Source of the DNA: Ascidiella aspersa | Lineage: Eukaryota | Assembly: GCA_963924565.1 (NCBI GenBank) | Contig: OZ004609.1 | Span: 6,324,001-6,388,000, forward strand | Reading direction: 5' to 3' | Length of the DNA stretch: 64,000 nucleotides | Shown: positions 34,297-46,615 of the stretch, one piece after another | Numbering within the stretch: position 1 is the stretch's first letter | Layout: each line of letters begins with the position of its first letter | Position numbers and translations under genes: made by a program | Notes under the pieces: model-generated | Seen by the model: the letters and a program-made list of their open reading frames with translations, nothing else | Told to the model about the DNA's origin: nothing | Database searches by the model: none

Positions 34297-37200
34297 CTGT
34301 GAATAAAACTCTGGTAAGTTTTGAGGAATTTTGCCAATAACGTCGAAACGTAAAAGTTTGTCCAGGGAAGCTATACCTACGAACAAGGCTTCCGAAAATG
34401 GTGTATGAATAGGGTCAACGCTTTTCAGCGGTTGAAATTAGGCCTATACATAGTTATTTTGCCAATAATGTTGCAACGTGAACTTTTGTCCAGCAAAGCT
34501 GTACCTACGATCAGGGCGTCCAAAATTGATGCATGAGGTCTGTCAATGAGTTTCAGGGGTATAAAAGAGGTATATATATATATATATCAATTTTTGTCCA
34601 GATATACAAATACAGTGCATATAATTACTTTGTAAATTGCTGTAAAAACTTGGAAATGTTTGTTTATTATTGTGATACAAGGAATTGTTAATAGGTCGAA
34701 AGGCTTATAAACCAAATGATTTGAAATAGCCTGTCTGACTTACATAACATTTCGATGGATTGCATTAGCAAAAATAACTAAGCTTGGAATTTCTAACTAA
34801 TTTCTGGATATTTGTGTCACTTTCACTTTACTGATATTTGATACACTGACATTATTAGAATCTAGATAAAAAAACATTTGAGATATAAAATCACTTGTGA
34901 ATTCTTTAACAAAGAATGAAATAACATCCTTTATATGTTCATGTAGGGGGCATATACAAAGTAATAATCTGATAGCCGTTACAGACAAAGCTACTACAAG
35001 CACGCAGAACGAGTCAAATTGGAATATACGTTTTACAAAAAACGTTACAGTGCGCCAAATTAATTTTAGTTTTAAACACTGTTTAAAAAGGAAGCACGGG
35101 CTTTCACTTACTTAACAACGTTGAAATGCTTGTCGTCGGCTTCGTCGTCGCAATTGCACTGGTCTTTTCCTCAGCCTCAGGAGTACTATGAAACGCAGAA
35201 GATGGTAAAAGCGGCGCCCTAGTGGCCACTTTCGTTTGCGTGTCTCGCCGTAAGGTGTCGTCGCGGAGTAGCAGCTTGAGTCGGTCGCTGATGTTACGCA
35301 CGAGAAAGTGCGTCTTGTGGTCGCTGCCGCTTTTGATGCGTCGCATAGTCGGCTGGCCGTTGCTCCGCAGCGAAATAAAGAAGCCATGCTTGACCGACTT
35401 GTAGGCGTCGTGGGAACGCGGGTCGTAGATGTGCTGGAAGTCGGTGTTTGGGTCCGCTGAGTCGGCCTAAATGTAACGGAGATTTATAAGCCTAGGACCG
35501 CTATGATATATTTACAATTATAGTTGTACGAAATACATTGTTAGGAGACGTTAAATGGTAATTTGTTACTACACGTCAGTGTAAAATGGAGGTCAACGCA
35601 AAGACGGCAACTTCTTTTTTTTTTATTTGCAAAATGAAATCAAGAACTCGTTAGTCATGATATTACGAAGAGTTTATATTATAAAGCAATAGCTTTCTTC
35701 GTGAGATACATGTACCACTATAATTGTACGAAAGGACTTTTAGGTGATGCGCCACGTTAATTGCTAATCTGATGCAGAATTGAGGACAAACTAAACGTCA
35801 GTGTAAAAAAACGGTCAACGCATAGATTGATATTTGTTTGCAATATCAAATCAACCTATCACCAGAAATCGTTTTTCTGAGCACGGTTAAGTTTTTTACT
35901 TTTCCGAATTAGTAATATCACCAACATAATAAACATAACACAAGATGGTTAACGACTACAGAAAAAGTTGTGTGAATCACCGTGGCATAAATAGAGCTTA
36001 ATGTCGTAATTTTTGTAGAGTTGTTTCTTCGTGTGATATTGTAATATATAGGACTGGTATGTGTGATCTTATGACGTAATCAAGTGCCTGTAAATATACG
36101 TGAGTCTCACAGGAGTGAGTGTTCCATTAAATGTGTTCTAATTCGTCGTGTTGTTTTACATGCGACACTGCCCTACCAGTAAATATTGCAATTTGGTTAA
36201 TTTATCTACTGAATAGCGCGATATTTTGCGTATGCAAAATGGAAATGTCACCAGTTTTCTAAATTGAGTTAGTTGAAACTCATAGCGACAAAGTTATTTC
36301 CAACCGGATTTTATAGCGTGGGAACTTTAGGTGATTTGTGTAAAACCTGGGTTTGGCGAGCAAGAAAGAAACCTTCAACGTTTCGAGGGGCAAAACAACA
36401 CTTATGGCGACAATATCGAAAAACAGATTGCATTTCGCGTTTTCACGCCAATTTGTACTCTCGGTTGGCAAAAAGGAACAAAAATGAAATCGCACGCCAA
36501 GATTGGTCGTGAAAACACTTACGGTGGCGTAAAGGGCGCCGTCGTCGCGCATGGCTAGGAACAGTCGGGTCTTTTCGCTGCGAATCTTTACGAGCATATG
36601 GCCGTCTCTGGATCCCATCGTTTTTACGGTGACGACACCTGCAAAAGAAAAAAAGCAACACGTCATCAAAGCATCAAAACATTGCAATCCAATATGGGCA
36701 TTGCAGCAATCGGGACCTTTTTTTCCCATGGCATTGAACAACTTGCAGCGACCTTCAAGAAGGGTGCTTTGCCTTTGGCGAAACCCAACACAGAAGTGCG
36801 CCAATTTTCTCGCGCGTATTTCAAGGGCCAAAAGTCATGTTTTTAGAGTCGTTTACAGTTAACAGCGGTCCGCAAAGCCGTGGCGTTTGATATCACCCAG
36901 GTTTCAGTGTTGTAGTTTGTCGCAGGGGGTTACAGGGGGCGTAGGGGGGTCGATGTTTGTCGTTGCCACACACCGGGGGTCCGTTGTGCGGCGATGAACC
37001 GGAGCCGGTCGTCGCCTGAGAAAGTCGGATCGCTTCATGTCACACACGAGGGTCCAGCGGAAACGCGCGTTCGGGCCATCAACGCGATTTTTCCAAAGGC
37101 TGTTTACGCGGGGCGCGCGTGTGGCGAGCGAGTCTTCTGTTCGGCCGCCACATCAAACGAGCATAAGGAACGAAAAATAACCAAAGCGCCCGTCAAATGT

Positions 37201-40200
37201 CAACGACTCGGCGCGTGCGCGCGTATAACAAGGTAAATTACAGTTTCCGTACTCGGGGGAAGTCTATTTTTAGCTGCGCCGGTCGTTTGTAAACTTTGCC
37301 CGCTCAGGAAAGGCTCACAAGTCGCTCAAAGGACGAAGCGGAAAGCAATGGGTTCCAATAGACCGCTGGCGGCATGTAATAAATGACAAAAGAGAAATAA
37401 CGCAAGGCGAGGTTCGGCTTGTCGTCGGACAAATCGAATTAGTTTGAAAGAAAAAGAGCGGGTGTGGCCAGACGGCGGCCTTTTGAAGCCGGCGCAATTC
37501 TGCCCTCCGCCACAAGTGCCATTCGCGCCCATCAAACATTTCGCGAAAAATTAAAAAATAAAAAGAACCAAGCCGGTACTCGAACGCGTGCTCGAGTCGG
37601 CGGAGAGATCAGATCAATGTACGGACGGTGGTTGGTTATGGAGCTATTACAAACGTGATTTCGGCCAGAAGTAGGGTAAACGGTGCCCAGAGTGAGTGTT
37701 CGATTTTTTTTTTAATTTTGTTTGTTCGACAAGCATGATTACGAGTGTATCAATAAGCGATCTGTCTGGCCCAGGCGCGGGATTAGGTACAAAAGGCGCA
37801 GCGCGTTTCGAGAGTCGTTCGCTTTATTGCTGAAGTGGCGCGGCAAGGCAGGTGATTGCAGCTTCAATTGGATCCAGGGGCGGCCTGAAAACGTGAGAAG
37901 GCGACTATGACGTCACTCGTGATTGTCCGTCGCGACGGGATTACGCCCCTTTTTCCACTTTGGCAACCCCCTCCCCCCAATCGTCATTTTTTTCGCGTAT
38001 GATTCGACTCTTTTCCGGGTTTGCCGCGAGTGTTTATCTCCGAGAGAAACAAAGCCTTGTATAATTAAGCGCTGCTGCTTGATTCGAGTGCGCGCCAATG
38101 GGTTGTTAACAGTACAAAGTTTTAAAAGCTTTACAGTCGGCGTGTACGTGTAGACTGTAGATCAAAGTTTCAAGACTTTTTTGTAATGACTCACATAACA
38201 TACCGACCATTATAATTACTGCACAACAGATGAAACATCTTACTTTAGTCAGCTTTGCATGAACGTATCGGTTTTAAATTGGGCAATGTCGAACAGAGTT
38301 TTTATTCTTTTTCTTTGCGACACACAAAACCTGCCGACCACTATATTTAATGCCCAAATCAGATTTTCATAATCGGTTTAGGATTGGGTATATAAGTGTG
38401 TTAGTTGGAAATACTTAAATTTTTTTAAAAACAATTTAAAAAAATGGCACATTGTCGAATAGAGCTTTCATTCTTGTGTCTTGATATACACAAAACCTTT
38501 AGTGTTGAACATTCTTTATTGTACAACCGACTAAATATTTTACTTTAGTCAGCTTTTCATGAAATCTATCGGTTCGAAAAAAAATTACTGAATTTTTAAA
38601 AGACGACTTCTAAAAAAATGCACATTATCGAACAGAGCTTTTATTCTTTTCTCGTAAGACTCACAAAACCTGTTGACCATTATACGTATTGCACAACCAA
38701 CTAAATATTTTCCTTAATCAGCTTTGCATGAAGCGTGTCGGTTTAAATTCGCGCATCTGCATGGTATATGAAGATACCTCAGATTTTAAGAGATTTTTTT
38801 TCAAAATTGCACATCAACCTGCTAAATATTTTACCGTTTCAATTCATAAAAAGCGTTTGCAATCATATTTCTTAGTTTTTCTAACGTTGAACTTTCGGGC
38901 ATATATATATGTAACATGGAGCTTTGAGCTATTTTCACTGGTTTCATATAAGAGTTTACGTATTATACTTTAAAACAAATAAATATATGCGCTATCATGC
39001 AAAAAACTCTACATGCGAATTAAACAAAATGCACACATCAGCTAACACGATATTTAACAGACTTTTATCATTTTGTTTGCAACAAACCATCTTTCGGAAA
39101 ATGCATGGCTAATAGGCGATATAATTTTCGCCTTATCATGGTTCGGCGATATTAAAACTTTTACTGTGACCGCACATAGTTTTACGTGATTGAAACGCGT
39201 TCGCAATTCGCTCAGTTCCACTTCTAAATGCAAACCACTAGTTTCTTCATAAAAACAATGCAATTTCCTGCGCGGCCAATCGTAAAAAGATACGAAAACA
39301 CTTTTGCAGCGGGAGAGAAAGGGGAAAGAGGGGCGCTTGCATTTTCCCAGAACGGCCGAAATGTGCCACGGGAAAGGAAGGGAAGAAGAACAAGGAGCGC
39401 GGTCTTTGCGTTTCCAAATGTCACACACACACACACCTTTACGTGCGGGTTAAATACTCCGCAAAACGTACAGAAAGCGTTCGCTCCGCTCAAAATGGGA
39501 AACGATTGTTTGGGCTTCTGGATTTTGATCGCTTTAGGGGTGATCAACCAAGCCGAAGGTTATTTTTGGTAACCTAAAAGCCATCGCAGAATGACCGAAA
39601 CTGACGATCAATGATGCAAGCAATAGGCTAGAAAAAACTTTTTCCTTGCGAATCGATTAAAAACGGTTTTAAACCCCTTTTCTAGCCTGCCCTGCTTGCA
39701 TCGTTGATTCACAGATTCGGCTGGTCTGCTACGATGGCTTTCGGTTCACTAATAAAGCGTGAGCAATCCTTGGTCAATAAGAAGCTTAAAAAGGGTTAGA
39801 TCACAGCTGTTGAGCACCTGTTTTGTGTGTGTTTCTTTTTTATTTTTGGTAAAGACGAAAAAATTCGATTTAAATTGATATACTTCGGCTTCTTGAAAGC
39901 AAACGGTTCCACATACTTTCACCACGTTTAGAGTTGCTTGATATAACGTATTTGTTTTTATTACACGTACGTATAATACGAGAAATAGTCGCAAAAGTCA
40001 TGTGTGCTTCGAAGTTACCCTAAATTTTCACCCAAATTAATACAATTAATGCATTGTGCTCAAAATTTACGTGAGTTACAGTTCGCAGGTTGCTTTCAAA
40101 GTTCACCCATGTTAACGTGATACTTCACATGGGTAAAACCTACGTACCTGAGCGATTTAATCACACACTTAACAACATCTTCGTGGGGTAGTGTTATAAA

Positions 40201-43200
40201 ATCAATGCCGACGTATATTACAAAGTTTTCATTTATTCTGAGTGAGCTACATGTTGAAAAACAATATCTTACAAGGCAGCACACATTATCTACAGGATTT
40301 ACACGGTTTCCCGAATTCCACGTGTATTAGACATTTACTTCCAACGCACACGTGGATTGCGTCATTGCGCTTAGATTTCTAAATCTAAAAAGTGTCTGGA
40401 CAAAATTAGCAAGGACCCCAAAACGGCTCGGCCCTGGACCCAAGCCAAGCACACCGGGGTTCAGCTGTTTTGTCGCTTTTGCCGAACCTTTTTAGCAGGC
40501 TTAATTATAGCGGCTTAACGAGCGTCTTTAGTAGCGGCCGGGTTTAATTATACAGGCCTTTCGAGGTGCGGAAATGGCTCAAAGCCCGGCCCTCGAGAGT
40601 TTTCCTTTCGATTAAATCGCGCCGCGGTTGGGGAAAAGAAGTGACCGGGAAATAGACTATAGGTGTACGCCGACCGCAGCCATCACTCAAGCAATGGGGT
40701 TTGGGGGTGGGGTAGGGGGCTTGGGCGCGCTGCGACCCCATCGCTATCAGGTTTCTTTGTAAATAGATATTTCCTCTATCGGAGTGCGCGAAATTGGGCT
40801 GTAGCGCCGCCGCCGCCCGCCGCAAGGCATTATATAGGACCCTTTCTGCGGAAAGCGGCATTGTATGGGCGCGCACCTGTTTTTTTTATAACGCTCGGCG
40901 TGAGAGACTTTCGCAATCGCGCACAACAACAATCTGAAAGCGAAAGACGGCTCGAATTAACTGGCGGCTGTTTGTCAACACCGGTCAATAACCCTTTGCG
41001 ACAACGCGACAGCTGCTGACATTGGCTACTTCAAAAGCGCGACACCCCCCTGTTTTTCCCGCGCCGTTTTGTTGTCTATACCCTGTTTACGGCTTTCGTA
41101 AGGAAGTTGGTAGTGCTTATATGAAGTGCTGGTAAAAATGGCGGTAAAACATTCTACCTGTATGATTTGTGCTTAAATTTCCAATCGTTATGTTGTTTAA
41201 ATACAAACATAACATTTTTCAACAACATTGAACCTAATCTGTTTACGCCTACGGTCAAATCTAGGCGAAAATTAAAAACAAATCCTGTTTAAGTGAGGGT
41301 CAAACCCGACAATCTACCGATGTACCACTACAAACAGAATATTATTTAGCGCTCAACATTGCTGTGCAAAATAATACTTACAAACAGGCGAAACAGCTCT
41401 TATGCTAATAACCCTAAAAATGGGTGTAATATAGGAACGTCGAAAGTTAGGAAGAAAAATCGAGGAGGCGAGATGTAGTTTGTTGTGAGCGTGGTCTGTG
41501 GTTCCAAGATTTATGTGGCAAAAACATGAGAAAAACGCAAAAACGAGCTCGAAAGATAGTTGCCTTCCAAAGTGGCCGTGCAATTTTCACACTTGCAACT
41601 CAATAAATTTGTTGAGTATAGAGGGTCTCTGTTCAAACACGGAACGTGGTTTCCCACGTTTACTCGCACGCTATCAAATCAACTGGCGTGCGGAAAAAAG
41701 GAACGTTGACGTAATAGTGACGTCATAAAAAATCGCGAATCTGTGAATTTGTGATGAGGTTCTCATTTTGTAACTGGCGCTGACCACATGCTACTCGCTC
41801 TGTTGCTTTTGTTATGTAAACATTCGCGCCCAACGACCAAGCAAAAACCTGCTGTTGTTTTCAAGAATGAACTGCTGAAAATATACTCGGGTTAAGGGGT
41901 GTTTGATGACCATAAAAAAGAAACATGGTAAAACAAATGTTATCGAAAACCACTTTTATCGCTAGTTAGTCATATTCAGCGTGAAAACTAACTGAAACGT
42001 TAAGCAGTAATATATCTCGAGTGTTTCAATTTTCTAGCTCCGAAATTGCAAAATCATTGCAGGTAAAACAAACACTCGCTACTTCTTGTATGCTTTTTTC
42101 ACGAATAAACTTCCTTTTCCAACGACCATTTCAAGCCTAAAGTTTATACATGCCTAATAACAAAGCTAGGGCAGAACGGCTTTATAAGCCAGGCTGTTAA
42201 TTTCGCGTTATCTGCGTAAAAAGTAACGTCACGCAACTTTCGGCCAATCGGCTCCGGGCTACGCTTCGCGAATGCGCATTTGCGGGCGCCGCACACCTTG
42301 GTCACCAAGGTTTTGTTCTGATCGGGTGCGATTAACGTTGCATCGTAAAGCATTTAGCCTAAATGCGTGCCGAAGATGACATTTTGGTTGTGCTTAATCC
42401 GCTATTAGGTTCTGTTAATCCATTGGAATATATAAAATAAAAAGACGCTAAAAATTGGACGAGTACCGGAGAATATCACGCATTGGGGCCTTTTGTTTTT
42501 CATTCCAAAGTTCTCCAGTTTTAATCAATATTAAGCAAGGAAATTTGTCACCTTTAGACATTACAATCAAAATTTTCTGTCAAATAACAAAATCTGCCTG
42601 AATCCGAATGGTGAACAACAAACGCTTCTTGTTGCACATCAGTGATAAGGAACTAAGAACAGAACTTAGTAAACCGAAAATCAGTTTGTTTGGGGTGTTA
42701 TATAATAAATATAGTTCTTCATTCCACTTAAGATACTGACAATGCTTTTAGGAGCGAAATATAGTTATCATATGAAATCCAAACAAACTGACTTTCGGTT
42801 TACTAAGTAATCGTTAAGCTTAATATTTTCAAACGCTGCGCCTAATAAGAGCCTGAAAGCCTCTGGGCGTTTGAAAGTTATCCCTAAACGTTTTATTTCT
42901 TAAAAAAAACACTCCGTTTGTTCACAAAACACATTTCCCCGAGAATGAGCGCTATTTATACAGCGCTCGAGTTTAGGCGAAGATCCGATTTTGGCGCGTG
43001 CAAAAATCTGCCTAAGTTTACAAAGTTTATTGTAAAAACAAACCTGCGGCTCTTCGCGGAACACGCGCCAGTCGCACTTTTCTGCGCTAAACCCTGACCT
43101 CACTTGGCAGCCAGCGCTGTTCTGGCATTTTCACTCCAATGACGTGGGTAAATTGCTTTCAGCACGTAATGCGCTCGACTTGCATTCCTAGGCGGTCGAA

Positions 43201-46200
43201 ATCTTTGCGTCTCATTTGGGATTTTATATAATACAGTGATTCATCAAGTTAATTATCATTGTTATCTCAATTAAACTTTGATATGTAAGCATAGTTTGGT
43301 GCTCTAAACCTTAATAATAAAATGTCCCTAGGTATGTAGCTGTTTTCTAAATAGGCTGTATCAATTTGGGATCCTTAAAGCAGTTTTCCGCAAATAAAAA
43401 GTGTCAGATCTGAATCGAACACAATAACGGAATATAGCCGGACTCAATTTTTTAAGATTTGTAATGTGGGGTTTAAAATAAATAAACCGAAAATTATTTT
43501 TTTGGTGAAAAAACCTTCGTTTTAAATTCCACGAAACGTCCACAGTATCAGTAAACGAGATAATCAGGCCAGTCAGGGTATGATGAAAAACTAAAATAAT
43601 TCAATACATTTTGATATTAAACATATTAAACATGTTGTAATGTCAACCTCTTATTTAGTGCCAGTAAAAGAGAATGCTGTCTTTATAGACAAGAACGCGG
43701 CTGCAACAAGAAAATGCAGCAATGCAAGAAGCTTTTAACAACGAATTCTGTAAATTTATTTCCCGAAGTAAAAAAGGGAATGTATAGGGCACTTAGTGGG
43801 CGGTTAGCAACGTTGAAAAAAGCAGAAAACCGCATCTAACGCCAATTGTACACGCTTCCGCGAAACAATCAACGAAAAGCTTGCGAGAAGCCGAAATTCC
43901 CCAAAACTTTCCCGCATGGGCTTGGCACCGTGCCAGAACGCCGTACGGCGAGATTGTTTCATGACAGTTCCGTGCGTCATATACGCGGTCTTCCAAAGTC
44001 ACGCTAAGTTTGCGGCGTCGCAATGAATACGTAATGAAACGAGCCGGATGTTGGAATGGGGTAAAATGGGATGATGGGGTTTGTCTGTGCTGTAAAGACT
44101 AAGTCAATGACTTGAATTAAGCGGACTTAAGTCACTGTTTTTCTTCTTCAATTATCTTACTTGACTGAGGTCTATCGGATAAAATGTCTTGGCTTTACTT
44201 AAGGCTTTCGGACAAATGAGGGTTGTAAATTGTGTTCAATAGGCATTTTTCATTAAAAAAAATGGATTCCCAAGTTACGCATATAAAACAATTTGCTTGC
44301 TTAAATTTGGCGTCTTATGTTATGTTATAGTTGAGGTACTGCTCATAATCGGATTAATCTTGAAATTCAATTTGAAAACGTTAACGCTTAATTTGTATGA
44401 CAAGGACTTGTCTTGAAATTGACTTGCTCTAATACTTCCTTATTCAAAATATATTTAAAATGACTTGATTTGCACTGGAGTTATTTCGAAAATGAATTGA
44501 CTGGTACTGAAGTCATTTAAAAATCACTTGGTTTGAACACTTAGATGTTTAAACCCGCATTAGGGGATTTTGGAAACATCTCCCAATAAAATTGCGGTAG
44601 TTCTACAACGAGGCATGTTTGACATTTTTCCTCCAATGGTAAAAAGTATTAGGAGTTAACAACATTAATTATATAAAGTTACCACTTGTTGAGCTTAAGC
44701 GTTTAACTAACATGGAAGACAACGATCATGTGTTGGACGAGTGCTCACACTGTGCCTTGCCAAAGCAATGTCAAATAAACCGGGTGGGCAAACAACCGGA
44801 CAAAAGGCGTCGCGTGCCGTCGACATTTTGCGGACGGGGAAAGAGAACCAAAAAGAAAACGGTTCAAATCGACGCGATTTCTTCCTCGTGAGTTCACCTG
44901 TCGCAAAACTTTCCACGCGCTTCCAAACGAGTTCCTTTATAACTGGCGACCGCAAACCGGGAAAAACAGCTCGACGCGGCTCGCGAAGACCAATATTTGC
45001 AGGACTCTGTGACGCGCGTTTTTTTTCGGTAATTCGCGCTTAGAAAGCAAACGCCCGAGTGGTCGAATATAGTCGGCGCGGCGCTATTTTAAGTGCGGTG
45101 TACAAACAGAACGTTTTTTTTAAGTCGCGGCCCTCTCTGTTATCCTTTCACATTCCGCAAGCTGGCAAATTACACGTACGCCGTCGCCTTGCACCAAGCC
45201 GCCGATTTTGAACGTGAACCCTCAACTTAAAAGCGAAAAATAGAAAATAATATGCACTCGCCGAATGGATAAACTATAAAAGCCGGACAAGTATACTTTG
45301 CACTTCTTGCGAGAAAATTTCCTAGCATTTTGGTTTATACAAAACGCTATAATATTAGTGGAAACAATGAATGTTCGGGGCATTTTAGTCCAAGGGAAAC
45401 ATTACGAATAATGCTGCAGAAGGTAAAGAAATATTAGAAATTATAAGTGTCCTACAATTTCAATCAAATAATGTTTTTTAGCATTTTATGCGACATAAAC
45501 AAATATATTGGGCTTGCTACTGTTTTTTAAAGCAAAAAGCAGAAAACTGGAAATGCGTTTCGGAAAGCTTAGACCTAGAAATTAAACAACTCGCCAATTC
45601 TCCAAATCAAGTGTTAGCAAAGTTGACCACTCCGAACCGAGGTAAATTGATTCTTAATTCAGGTATGTTTTCTATCTTTAAATAAGCTGATGAATCTAAA
45701 GTAACTGTAGTACTTACAGTAAGGGTCGTTGTCGTCTCGCACGAAGGTCGCCGTTCCGTCCTTGTCTATCCTAAGCGTGGTCCCTCCTTGTTTGTGGTAA
45801 ATGGTGTGCTGTTGGGCGTGAACAATTCCTCCGGACAAGCTTTCGCTCGGCAGGGATCCGACGTTGCTTAGAGCGTAGTCGGAAGATGATGAGGATACAG
45901 GTATCGCAAGATCAACTTCGTCATCCTCCTGTCGATCCTTTGCAAAGTCTTTGAAGATGTCGCCTAGGGACGTGTACTCGCCCGGTCGCGAGGGGGCATA
46001 GCGCTTCACGTGGTGGCCGTGACGCGACAGGCGACGCACCAAACGCGACAGGCGTTGTCGCGTGTCGCGCCGTCCGCCTTCAAGCAAGAAACGTAATTCG
46101 CCGAGGAACCGCACATCTTCGGCACTTAGGTTGCGCGAACTGAAGAGCTCATCCAGAAAGTCAAGGAACTCGATTTGTGTTGCTTCGTCGATGTCGCGCG

Positions 46201-46615
46201 TCGCGTTCACGCTGTCGCTTTGGCTGGACGAGGTGGCGGCGACACTTTCACTTGCGTTTATATCGAACCGAACCGGTTCGATTTCGGGCACAGTTGATGA
46301 CGTTGTGGTTGTGACGTGTGGTGATGACGTTTGCAGCGGTTCGAGGCTCCGTGCGCTGCGCTCTCGCGCCCTCATCTGGCGCAGCGCGTGAGGGGAAGCC
46401 CCGGCGAGGCGTCGTTTGAAAATGGCACGTGACAAGTGTCGGCGAATCAGAAAGCGCGTTCTTGCTCCGCCTAGCCTTCGTCCGGTCGATTGAATTGGCG
46501 CCTTGTCTTCCATTGCCTCCTGTGTCCTTATGGCACCGCCGGCGCAGAGGGAACAAAGACAGAGGACAGCCATCAGGAACAATATCCAACATCCGCCGAC
46601 AGAATTTGACGTCAT
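33767..46615 (-). CDS. FGF: Large secreted fibroblast growth factor family protein, about 632 aa (662 aa from ATG 46705); FgfL-like, subfamily uncertain
   Basis: Exons 46615-45718, 36638-36523, 35466-35112, 34296-33767 (1899 nt, phases 1/0/1). Core: IYHKQGGTTLRIDKDGT...DPYC, VKIRSEKTRLFLAMRDDGALYA, F...HDAYKSVKHGFFISLRSNGQP...THFL. The two core introns are at the usual FGF positions and phases. Confidence 0.88.
34329..34560. repeat. Diverged two-copy tandem duplication, unit about 128 bp, intronic
   Basis: Repeated TTTTGCCAATAA...TTTGTCCAG...AAGCT.TACCTACGA. Confidence 0.75.
35112..35466 (-). CDS. FGF: FGF coding exon 3: end of core plus Ser/Thr linker
   Basis: ADSADPNTDFQHIYDPRSHDAYKSVKHGFFISLRSNGQPTMRRIKSGSDHKTHFLVR; phase 0 to 1. 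Confidence 0.88.
35513..35822. repeat. Diverged two-copy duplication, period about 200-220 bp, intronic
   Basis: Repeated TTGTACGAAA and ACGTCAGTGTAAAA...GGTCAACGCA. Confidence 0.65.
36523..36638 (-). CDS. FGF: FGF coding exon 2: central core (116 nt)
   Basis: VVTVKTMGSRDGHMLVKIRSEKTRLFLAMRDDGALYAT matches FGF VxIxxxxTxxYLxMxxxGxLY; acceptor ttttgcag, donor GTAAGT. Confidence 0.92.
38180..38830. repeat. Degenerate tandem repeat, 3-4 copies of a unit of about 170 bp
   Basis: Recurrent TCGAA.AGAG.TTT.ATTCTT, ACAAAACCT and TCAGCTTT.CATGAA...TCGGTT blocks. Confidence 0.7.
39571..39746. repeat. Long imperfect inverted repeat (arms about 65 bp) in FGF intron
   Basis: AAAGCCATCG/CGATGGCTTT, ATCAATGATGCAAGCA/TGCTTGCATCGTTGAT, AGGCTAGAAAA/TTTTCTAGCCT. 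Confidence 0.85.
42664..42808. mobile_element. 145-bp foldback, probable MITE with 30-bp TIRs
   Basis: ACTTAGTAAACCGAAAATCAGTTTGTTTGG and its reverse complement with one mismatch; no clear TSD. Confidence 0.7.
44085..44542. mobile_element. Degenerate copy of the CAGTGTTGTAA/GACTT hAT-type MITE
   Basis: Colinear with 21842-22360 (GACTTG...TTGACTTGCTCTAAT...TTGCACTGGAGTT...TTGACTGG...AACACT). Confidence 0.7.
45718..46615 (-). CDS. FGF: FGF coding exon 1: signal peptide, long pro-region, start of core
   Basis: 348-codon ORF; hydrophobic WILFLMAVLCLCSLCAG after M46615; ends DPY at T|GTAAGT. Exon acceptor ttttcag precedes 46866; in-frame upstream ATG at 46705. Confidence 0.9.

Noticed and set aside
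33957-34340. Phe/Leu-rich plus-strand ORF resembling a membrane protein
   Set aside because: Antisense shadow of the Lys/Arg tract in the FGF last exon.
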